NCBI GenBank assembly: GCA_963695095.1
Contig: CAVOFT010000001.1
Span: 480,001-544,000 of the forward strand
Reading direction: 5' to 3'
DNA: 64,000 nt
From: an uncultured bacterium
GTDB taxonomy: Bacteria > Krumholzibacteriota > Krumholzibacteriia > JACNKJ01
Shown here: positions 54,255 to 64,000 of the stretch, piece after piece
How the letters are laid out: the number at the start of each line of letters is the position of its first letter
How positions within the stretch are numbered: position 1 is the first letter of the stretch
The notes under the pieces: model-generated
Seen by the model: only the letters and a program-made list of their open reading frames with translations
What the model was told of the DNA's origin: nothing
Database searches by the model: none
Program-made: the position numbers and the translations under genes

Positions 54255-55097
54255 ACACGCCCGATGCCACGCGCCGGCAAATCTCCGCGGACTATGCTGC
54301 CGCCATCCAGCGGGGCGGCTCCTGCTGCGGCGACAAGGCCGACCAACCCAGTGTGTCCGCCCTGGCCGGCTACAGCGCCGAGGACATCGCCGGCCTCGCC
54401 GACGACCTGCTCGCCAGCAGCTTCGGATGCGGCAATCCCCTGGCCTTCAGCGAGGTGGCCCCGGGCGAGACCGTGCTCGACCTCGGCTCGGGCGCGGGGC
54501 TGGACCTCATCCTCGCCGCGCGCAAGGTGGGGCCGACCGGCCGCGTCATCGGCGTGGACATGACCGAGGCCATGCTCGAGGCCGCGCGCGCGAACATCGC
54601 GGCCGCCGGCCTCGACGAACATCGAGCTGCGCCAGGGCCTGATCGAGGCCCTGCCCGTGGCCGACGCCTCGGTCGACTGGGTCATCTCCAACTGCGTGAT
54701 CAACCTGTCGCCCGAGAAGGAGAGGGTCTTCGCGGAGATCGCGCGGGTGCTCAGGCCCGGTGGCCGCCTGCGCGTGAGCGACATCGTCGCCGAGGGTCTG
54801 CCCGAGGCCCTGCGCGAGAGCGCAACTGCGGTGAGCGCCTGCCTGGGCGGGGCGATCAGCGAGGCCGACTACTGCGCCGGCCTGCGCGCGGCCGGCCTGG
54901 TGGACGTGGAGGTGCCCGAGCGACTGGTCTATGCAGCGAGCCAGCTCGAGGACATGGTCTGCGACCTGGGCGACGGCGCGCCCGCGGCGACGGGCTGCGG
55001 CTGCGGCACGCCGGACAGCGGCGTCGCCAAGCGCCTGGCCGGGGCCGTCGCCGGCAAGGTCTGGAGCGCTCGGTTCCAAGCGCGGAAGCCGGAGTAG
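54251..55097 (+). CDS. arsM: Arsenite S-adenosylmethionine methyltransferase; one +1 frameshift near 54615
   Basis: [25 protein letters not shown]; then in the next frame [23 protein letters not shown] and SACLGGA. Confidence 0.9.
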
Positions 55098-55100
55098 GCC

Positions 55101-55919
55101 ATGCGCCGCGAGAATTACGGCAGCGGGGCGCCCTGGGAGGCCATCGTCGGCTACTCGCGCGTGGTCAAGGCCGGCCGGCGGCTCTACGTGACGGGCACCG
55201 TGGGTGAGGGCGCGGATGCCTATGCCCAGGCGCGGAGCGCGCTCGAGAAGATCGCCGCCGCGCTCGAGCGCGCGGGCGGCAGCCTCGCCGACGTCGTGCG
55301 CACGCGGATCTTCGTCACCGACATCGGGCGGGACTGGGAGGCCGTGGGCCGCGCCCACCGCGAGCTGCTGGGTGACGTGATGCCGGCCACCACGATGGTG
55401 CAGGTGGCCGCGCTCATCGATCCCCGCTACCTGGTGGAGATCGAAGCCGACGCCGAACTCGGGCTCTTGCCTGCGGCGGACCCCAGCGCGGGCCTCGCCG
55501 TCGAGCCCGCAGCCTTCAACGACGCCGCCGTGGCCGCGTTGCTCAGGGCAGCCGGCCTGCCGGTGCCGGGCGCCGAGGATGCGCCCGTCCAGATGCGCGT
55601 GCTCCGCGAGGGCGGCCGCCTGCTCGCCTGCGCGGGATACGAGCGTTACGGCGAACGGGCGCTCCTGCGCTCCGTGGCCGTGGCCGCCGAGGCGCGCGGG
55701 CGGGGGCTGGGCCGCGCACTCGCCGCCGCGCTGCTGGCCGAACTGGAGGCTCGGGGGACCCGGGAGACCTATCTGCTCACGCTCGAAGCCGCGGGATTCT
55801 TCGCGCGGCTGGGCTTCGCGCCCATCGAGCGGAGCGCCGCGCCGGCCGCCGTCCTCGCCTCGCACGAGTTCTCGATTCACCAATGCGACGCCGCGCAGGT
55901 CATGCGGCGGGACCTCTAG
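55101..55919 (+). CDS. Rid (YjgF/YER057c/UK114) domain fused to an ArsN2-like GNAT acetyltransferase
   Basis: N-terminal half SGAPWE..VGYSR..VVRTR..PATTMV..LVEIEA; C-terminal half LLRSVAV...RG.GLG..YLLT..A..FF...GF..AS.EF...C. Confidence 0.85.
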   Translation: MRRENYGSGAPWEAIVGYSRVVKAGRRLYVTGTVGEGADAYAQARSALEKIAAALERAGGSLADVVRTRIFVTDIGRDWEAVGRAHRELLGDVMPATTMVQVAALIDPRYLVEIEADAELGLLPAADPSAGLAVEPAAFNDAAVAALLRAAGLPVPGAEDAPVQMRVLREGGRLLACAGYERYGERALLRSVAVAAEARGRGLGRALAAALLAELEARGTRETYLLTLEAAGFFARLGFAPIERSAAPAAVLASHEFSIHQCDAAQVMRRDL

Positions 55920-56019
55920 CCTCTCCCTTGCGCTGCGCTTCCATGCTAGACTCGGGCGCCTGCGCGTTGCGCGCAGGCGCGACTCCGCGGTGTCCCCGCC
56001 CACGGACAGGAGGAACTCC

Positions 56020-58164
<2,145 letters not shown>

Positions 58165-58194
58165 TGGCCACAAGTTCTTTTTCGACAGGAGCTC

Positions 58195-58252
58195 TTGACT
58201 TTGTCAGGCAAATCCGCTAGATGAGTGCTAACTCACTGAGTTTATGCTCAGT
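58195..58252 (+). promoter_or_regulatory. tetR promoter with overlapping palindromic operator sites
   Basis: TTGACT-17 nt-TAGATG, then TGAGT-GCTA-ACTCA, AACTCA-C-TGAGTT and ACTGAG-N6-CTCAGT. Confidence 0.65.
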
Positions 58253-58828
58253 CTGGCGGTCGTTTTGCCGAGCAGGAGGGACGAGAGAAAGGCCCGCAGC
58301 CGCGAGGCCATCCTGTCGACCGCCCGCGAGTTGATCGCCGCGGGGGGCCTGGCGGCCACGAGCACCCAGAAGGTAGCTCTGGCCGCCGGGCTCTCCCACG
58401 GCGCCCTCTTCGTCCACTTTCCCCGTCGTGATGACCTGCTCGCCGCCGTGACGGCGGCCTTCGCCGCAGACTTCGAGGCCGGGCTCGGCCCGCCGGCGCC
58501 CAGCCTCGAGGCCGAACTCGCGCTGCAGCTCGAGCGCCTGGCCGCCGGCGAGCCGCTCTACAGCCACCTGCTTGGCGAGGAGATCGCGCTGCCCAGCGCA
58601 GCGCGCGAGGCCCTGCGCGCGCTGGAGCGCTCCCTCAGCGCGCGGGTGGCCGCGGCCTTCGCCGCCGACCGGACGCGCCTGGGCCTGCGCCCGCTCTCCC
58701 CGCGCCTCGTCGCCGCTACCTGGCTGGCCCTCGTGCAGCGCGCCCTCATGCGCGGCGAAGCGGGCGCAGCGCTGCCCGAGTGGGGGGGCGAGATCCGCCG
58801 CTTCATCCTCGAGCTGGTGACTGCCTGA
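58244..58828 (+). CDS. TetR/AcrR transcriptional regulator
   Basis: SREAIL..A..L....G...TS...VA..AGLSHG.LF.HFP.RDDL HTH. Confidence 0.9.
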   Translation: MLSLAVVLPSRRDERKARSREAILSTARELIAAGGLAATSTQKVALAAGLSHGALFVHFPRRDDLLAAVTAAFAADFEAGLGPPAPSLEAELALQLERLAAGEPLYSHLLGEEIALPSAAREALRALERSLSARVAAAFAADRTRLGLRPLSPRLVAATWLALVQRALMRGEAGAALPEWGGEIRRFILELVTA

Positions 58829-58966
58829 GCGCGGCGCTTCCGGCCTCGCCCGCCGCCCTGCGGCCGCCCTGGCCGCCCGGCGAGCGCCCATCGCGGCAAC
58901 GGGCACCCGCGCGCCGTTGCCGCGTAGGCTCTCGCCTGCTAGCTTCCCGCTACTCCTGTCCGGACG

Positions 58967-61096
58967 GTGCCCGTGGGTTTTCTCAACGCCGCGCTCCTCT
59001 TCGGCCTTCTGGGCAGCCTCGTGCCGCTCATCATCCACCTGCTCGAGCGGCGGCGGCTGCCGACGCTGCAGGTGCCCAGCCTCAGGTTCCTGCGCGAGCT
59101 GAATCGCCGCCAGATGCGCCGCCTCGAACTGCAGCGCCTGCTCATCTTGCTCGTGCGCATGCTGCTCGTGGCGCTCATCGCCTTTGCGCTCGCGCGCCCG
59201 ACGCTGACCGGGCCGCTGGCCGCCATCTTCCCCGAGGACGCGCCGCGGGCCCTGGCCCTGCTCATCGACAACAGCGCCAGCATGCAGCTCGAAACGGAGA
59301 GCGGCAGCCTGGCCCAGCACGCCCGCGAGCGCGCCCGGGCCCTGCTGGCCGAACTCGAGCCCGGGGACGAGGTCTTCGTCTACGCGCTCGAGGCCGAGCC
59401 GCTGGATCTCGGCGGCGGACCGCTCAGCCCCGCCCTCGCCGCCGCGCTGCTCGACGACTGGCCCCAGGCCGACGGCGGCGCCGACCTGCGCGCGGGCCTG
59501 GCCCGTGGGATCAGCGACCTGTCCGCGCGGCCTCAGCCCCAGCGGGAGCTCTACCTGTTCAGCGACTTCGCCGCGGCCACCCTGCCTGCCGACAGCGCGG
59601 CCCTGCCACCCGCGGGCGACCTGCGCCTCTTCGCCTTGCCCCTTTCGGTCAGCCCGCCACCCAACGCGGGGCTCGTGGGCTTGCGCCTGCCCGTGCGGCC
59701 GCTCCTGCCCGGCCGGCCCTTCGAGCTGGGAGTCGCCGCGCGAGCGACCGGTGCGCAAGGCGCCGAGGCCTTTCCCGTCGAACTGGAGCTGGCCGGCGAG
59801 CACCGCGGCGGCTTCAGCATGGAGCCCGCACCGGGCGGTGAGAACGAGTGGCGCAGCCTGAGCGTGAGCCTCCCCGCCGGGGGCCCGCAGGCGGTGGCGG
59901 GACTCTGGCGCAAGCAGCGCGACCGCTTCGCTCCCGACGATGCGCTATCCTTCACGCTCCAGGTGGCTACACGCCTGCGCGTGCTGCTCCTCGGCTCGCC
60001 GAGCGCGGCCAGCGGCGGCAAGGGCGCGCGGCTCTCGCTGGCCGAGCATGTGGCGCGCGCCCTCGATCCCTATCGCGGCCAGCGCCCCGAGGCCCTGGCC
60101 CTCGATCTCGAGCAGCGCGGGGTCTCGGCCCTGACCAGCGAGCTGGTCGCGGGCCGGCATCTCGTCGTGCTCTGCGGCGGCGATGGCCTGGACGCCACGC
60201 GCGGCCAGCTCCTGGCCGATTTCGTGGCCGCCGGCGGCGGGCTCGTGCTGGCGCCCAGCGCCGAGGGCGCGACGGATCTCGCGCGGCACCTCCTGCCGCG
60301 CCTCGGCGGCCCGCACGAGCTGGCAGCCGCGCCAGGCGGGCGGGAGACGCTGGCCCAGCTCGAGCCCGATCATCCGCTCTTTGCCGACTTCTCCCCGGAG
60401 CACCGGCGCGTGCTGGCCGAGCAGCCGCTCTGGCGCAGCTTCCGCACGCGGCCCGGCGAGCGGGAGATCCTCGCCCGCTTCGCCTCGGGCGGCCCCGCCC
60501 TGCTGGGCTGGGAGCACGGCCGCGGTCGCGTGCGCCTGCTGCTCTTCGAAGTCGGGCCCGAGGGCGGCGAGCTGCCCTATTCGTCGATGTTCCTGCCCCT
60601 CCTCCAGGAGCTGGCCCAGGAAGCCGCCGGCGCCAGCCGGCCGGTGCTCGCCGAGGCCGGGCAAGCGCTGAGCTGGCCGCTTCCGGGGGGAGCCCGCGGC
60701 GGGAGCACCGGGGAGGGGCTTGCCGTGCTGGGTCCCGACGACAAGCCGGTGCCGCTCCAGATCGACGAGACGGGCCTGCCACCCCGCATTCGGGCCACCG
60801 CGCGGCGGGCCGGGATCTATCGCCTGCAGGCCCGCGCGCCGGAAGGCCCGCGCGAACTGGGCCTGGCCGCGGTGAGCGTGCCGCCACAGGAGGGCCTGCT
60901 GGCGCCCCTGCCGCCGGACAGCATTCCCCTGCGCCTGGGGCTGCCGGGGCTACAGGTGATCGATCCCGGCGCCCCCCTCGCCGCCGCCCTGCACGTGGGC
61001 CGCTACGGCAAGGAACTGGCGCGCAGCATCCTGCTGCTGGCCGCCCTGCTCCTGGCCCTGGAGCTCTGGCTCGCGCAGCGCGTGGAGGCCAGCTGA
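58967..61096 (+). CDS. BatA N-terminal domain + vWA membrane protein
   Basis: FLN..LL.G....PLIIHL..PSLRFL..LLILL.R..ALARP; LIDNSASM and FSD motifs; C-terminal TM ending LELWLA. Confidence 0.88.
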   Translation: MPVGFLNAALLFGLLGSLVPLIIHLLERRRLPTLQVPSLRFLRELNRRQMRRLELQRLLILLVRMLLVALIAFALARPTLTGPLAAIFPEDAPRALALLIDNSASMQLETESGSLAQHARERARALLAELEPGDEVFVYALEAEPLDLGGGPLSPALAAALLDDWPQADGGADLRAGLARGISDLSARPQPQRELYLFSDFAAATLPADSAALPPAGDLRLFALPLSVSPPPNAGLVGLRLPVRPLLPGRPFELGVAARATGAQGAEAFPVELELAGEHRGGFSMEPAPGGENEWRSLSVSLPAGGPQAVAGLWRKQRDRFAPDDALSFTLQVATRLRVLLLGSPSAASGGKGARLSLAEHVARALDPYRGQRPEALALDLEQRGVSALTSELVAGRHLVVLCGGDGLDATRGQLLADFVAAGGGLVLAPSAEGATDLARHLLPRLGGPHELAAAPGGRETLAQLEPDHPLFADFSPEHRRVLAEQPLWRSFRTRPGEREILARFASGGPALLGWEHGRGRVRLLLFEVGPEGGELPYSSMFLPLLQELAQEAAGASRPVLAEAGQALSWPLPGGARGGSTGEGLAVLGPDDKPVPLQIDETGLPPRIRATARRAGIYRLQARAPEGPRELGLAAVSVPPQEGLLAPLPPDSIPLRLGLPGLQVIDPGAPLAAALHVGRYGKELARSILLLAALLLALELWLAQRVEAS

Positions 61097-61135
61097 GGGC
61101 TTGACGCCTGGAGGTCGGCCTGCCACGCTTGCGCC

Positions 61136-61699
61136 ATGACGCCGGCCCGGCTTTACCTCTTCTCCCTCCTGGCCCTGGTCCTCGCCGGCATCCTTCTCTT
61201 TGGCGGCTGGGACAGCATGGCCACCAACAGCATCGCCGCCGTGGCGGTGATCCTGGCCCTCGTGGCCTACCTGCTCGGGATCTACCTGGCCCGGGTGGGC
61301 CGGCGCGGCGAGGAAGCCCTGATCGCCCTGCGCTCGCGCATCGCCAGCGTCAGCGAGGAGCCCATCCGGGACGAGTACCGCACCTATCACCTGGGCGGCC
61401 TGGACGAGCTGGCAGCGGGCGACCTGCTCGTGCTCTACGCCACGACGGATGGCTGGCTGCTCGTCCCCCTGCTCGATGAGCTGGCCTGGTTCAAGGTGCC
61501 GGAAGCGGGCATCGGCCCCGTCAGCCTGGAGCGGGAGGGCGGCCTGCACCTGCGCGCCGAACTCAAGAGCGACACCGGTCGCGCGCTCAACCTGCGGCTG
61601 GCCTCCACGCTGGCCGACCCCCGCAGCGAGGATGCCGCCGCCCTGCGGGACCTGGAGACCCTGCGCAGCGCCCTGCGCAGCCGGGCGGCCGGCGCCTAG
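61136..61699 (+). CDS. Hypothetical membrane protein (2 TM + soluble domain)
   Basis: Two N-terminal hydrophobic helices; TTGACG promoter-like element just upstream. Confidence 0.65.
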   Translation: MTPARLYLFSLLALVLAGILLFGGWDSMATNSIAAVAVILALVAYLLGIYLARVGRRGEEALIALRSRIASVSEEPIRDEYRTYHLGGLDELAAGDLLVLYATTDGWLLVPLLDELAWFKVPEAGIGPVSLEREGGLHLRAELKSDTGRALNLRLASTLADPRSEDAAALRDLETLRSALRSRAAGA

Positions 61700-61700
61700 C

Positions 61701-63105
61701 CTACTGGTACTCCGCGCCCAGGATCACGCTGACGATGATGGCCCCCACGGCAAGCGGCGCCGCGAAGCGGATCAGGAAGCGCCAGCCGCCGTAGCTGGCC
61801 ATCGGCCCATGGCCCTGCTCCAGCTCGGCCCGGGTGTCCCGCCTGTTCATGGCCCAGCCCGTGAAGAGAGCGATCAGGAAGCCGCCCACGGGCAGGAACC
61901 AGTTGCTGGCCAGGTAGTCCAGGGTGCCGAAGATGCCGCCGGTGGACTCCCTGCCGATCAGGTTGACGCTCGACAGCCGCCCGTTGGCGCCCAGGCTGAG
62001 TGCGCTGAGCACGCCGAAGAGCGGTGATGGCCCCGCCCATGCTGAGCACCGCCCGGTGGCGCCGCCAGCCCAGCTCGTCGATGGCGAAGCTCGAGACCAC
62101 TTCGAGCAGGCTGATCGTGCTGGTCAGCGCCGCGAAGGCGACCAGCAGGTAGAAAAAGGCGCTGATCGCCGCGCCGCCGGGCATCTTGAAGAAGACCACG
62201 GGCAGGGTGGTGAAGAGGATCGTCGAGCTCTTGCGTGGCTCGAAGTCGAAGCTGAAGATGATCGAGAACATGATGATGCAGGCGATCAGCGCGATGAGCG
62301 TGTCCACGGCGCTGATGATCACCGCGGCCTTGGGCACGCTGTCGTTCTTGCGCATGTAGGAGCCGTAGGTGAGCATGGCGCCCATGCCCAGGCTCAGGGT
62401 GAAGAAGCTGTGGCCCAGGGCCTCCAGGACCGCCCCCCGCGTGAGCTCGCTGAAGTTGGGACGAAAGAGGAAGGTGATCGCCTCGCCGAAGCCCGGCGTG
62501 CGGGTGCTGTAGATCGCCAGGGCGAGCAGGATCGCGAAGAGGCAGGGCATCAAGACGCTCGTCACCCGCTCGATCCCCCTGGCGACGCCGAAGTAGACCA
62601 CGCCCACGGTGGCGGCCATGAACAGCACGAAGTAGCCGATCTGCTGGCCGCCGCTCGTCAGGAACTCGCCGAAGAAGGCGTCCAGGGCGCCCGGATGCGT
62701 GGCCAGTGCGCCGAGTTGGCCGCTGAGGGCCATCAGGATGTAGCGCAGGGTCCAGCCGGCGACCACGCAGTAGTAGGAGAGGATCACGAAGCCCGTGATG
62801 ACGCCGAGCACGCCCACGCCCGGCCAGAGTCCGGCGCCGCGCTTGCCGGCCGACAGGATGCGAAAGGTGCCCACGGGATCCTTCTCCGCGCGCCGGCCGA
62901 GGAGGATCTCGGCGATCATGATCGGCGCGCCGACCAGGATCACCGCGGCGATGTAGATGAGCACGAAGGCGCCGCCCTGGTTCTCCAGCGCGATGTAGGG
63001 GAATTTCCAGAGATTGCCCAGGCCGACGGCGCCGCCGGAGGCGGCCAGGATGAAGCCCAGACGACTGCTCCATTGCCCGCGCGGGCCCTGCGATGGCTGA
63101 TTCAT
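61701..63105 (-). CDS. Sodium-dependent transporter (NSS/SNF family); one +1 frameshift near 62020
   Basis: WSSRLGFILAA.G.AVGLGNLWKFPY, FFTLSLGMG and AALTSTISLLE motifs; the C-terminus continues in the 61701..62012 frame. Confidence 0.93.
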
Positions 63106-63285
63106 CCGCATCCTCCCTTGTCGCGCCGAGACCAGCCTAGCCAGGAGGGCGAGCAGGGGTCAAGAAAGGCCTGCGGGCCGCCTGCGATCGCGCGCCGCGA
63201 TGGCGGAGATTCCCGATAATTTGCTATTCTTTGGGAGTCCCTCCACCCGCGCGGGAAACCCGGCTGTGATTCCCGTGGAGGCGAG

Positions 63286-63888
63286 GTGTCCTTGGAGGCG
63301 AGGAATAGCGGGCCCGATGCCCTCGGCGACGAGGGCCTCTGGGCGCTGACTCAGGGCGAACCCACGGCGGAAACTCGCGCGGCGGCCACCGAACTCCTCG
63401 GCCGCTATCGCGAGCGCGTCTACCGTTGGTGCTACGGCCGCGTCCGCGAGCACGAACTGGCCCTGGATCTCGCCCAGGATGTCTTGCTCAGCGCCTATCG
63501 TGGGCTCGACGGCTTCGACGGCCGGGCCCGCTTCTCCTCCTGGCTCTTCGCCATCGCGCGGTACCGCTGCTTGAATGCGCTGCGGCGCCCCAGGCTCTTC
63601 GAAGATGGCGTGGATCTCGACGCCATGCCGGCGTTTCAGCGCGGGCATGACGAGGAGCTGGACGAGCGGGAGGAGGAGCAGCGGCTCCTCGAGTTGATCC
63701 AGTCTGCGCTGCCGCCACTGGACCAGCAGGTGCTCTGGCTGCGCTGCATCGAGAAGATGCCCGTGGACGGCATCACGCGCCTGCTGGACCTGCGCGAGGC
63801 CACCGGCGCCCGCGCCGTGCTGCAGCGCGCCCGCCGCCGCCTGCGCGCGGCGCTGGCGGCTGAGGAAGGAGACGATGCCCGTGGTTGA
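63286..63888 (+). CDS. ECF RNA polymerase sigma factor
   Basis: DLAQD..L.AY....F.G.ARFSSWLF.IA region 2; region 4 ending RARRRLR. Confidence 0.9.
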   Translation: MSLEARNSGPDALGDEGLWALTQGEPTAETRAAATELLGRYRERVYRWCYGRVREHELALDLAQDVLLSAYRGLDGFDGRARFSSWLFAIARYRCLNALRRPRLFEDGVDLDAMPAFQRGHDEELDEREEEQRLLELIQSALPPLDQQVLWLRCIEKMPVDGITRLLDLREATGARAVLQRARRRLRAALAAEEGDDARG

Positions 63889-64000
63889 CCGTTGCCCGCC
63901 TGCCGACTTGCTGCCCGACATCGCCCTGTTGCCCCTGGGCGGCGATGCCGAGGATCCGCAGCGCCGTCATCTCGACGGTTGCCCGCGCTGCCAGGCCCGA
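63875..64000 (+). CDS. Zinc-binding anti-sigma factor (zf-HC2), 3'-truncated by window edge
   Basis: AAGGAG RBS; MPVVDRCP...HLDGCPRC (HxxxCxxC); overlaps the sigma stop. Confidence 0.75.
   Translation, partial: MPVVDRCPPADLLPDIALLPLGGDAEDPQRRHLDGCPRCQAR

Overview
Very GC-rich (roughly 70%+ by eye), gene-dense bacterial chromosome segment. I found no rRNA, tRNA, CRISPR array or mobile element. FlgD/T9SS-like C-terminal domains and a 'TExxSWSxVKxxY' terminal motif suggest an FCB-superphylum candidate lineage such as Krumholzibacteriota, Latescibacterota or Eisenbacteria (inference). Core or common genes: guaB, rmuC, a sirtuin, a single-chain fungal-type homoaconitase, a flavodoxin, moxR/DUF58/BatA, an NSS transporter, an ECF sigma/anti-sigma pair, three S9 peptidases and several secreted proteins. 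Highlights: (1) a translationally coupled operon of four tandem double-GNAT genes plus a C45 Ntn-hydrolase, preceded by a promoter, an unannotated 28-aa uORF and a structured leader; (2) an arsR-arsM operon ending in a Rid::ArsN2 fusion; (3) a putative sorting motif at the C-terminus of one secreted protein and at the mature N-terminus of another; (4) an unusually basic flavodoxin. Four genes between 40 and 62 kb are broken by frameshifts that are nearly all +1, probably read or assembly insertion errors rather than decay.
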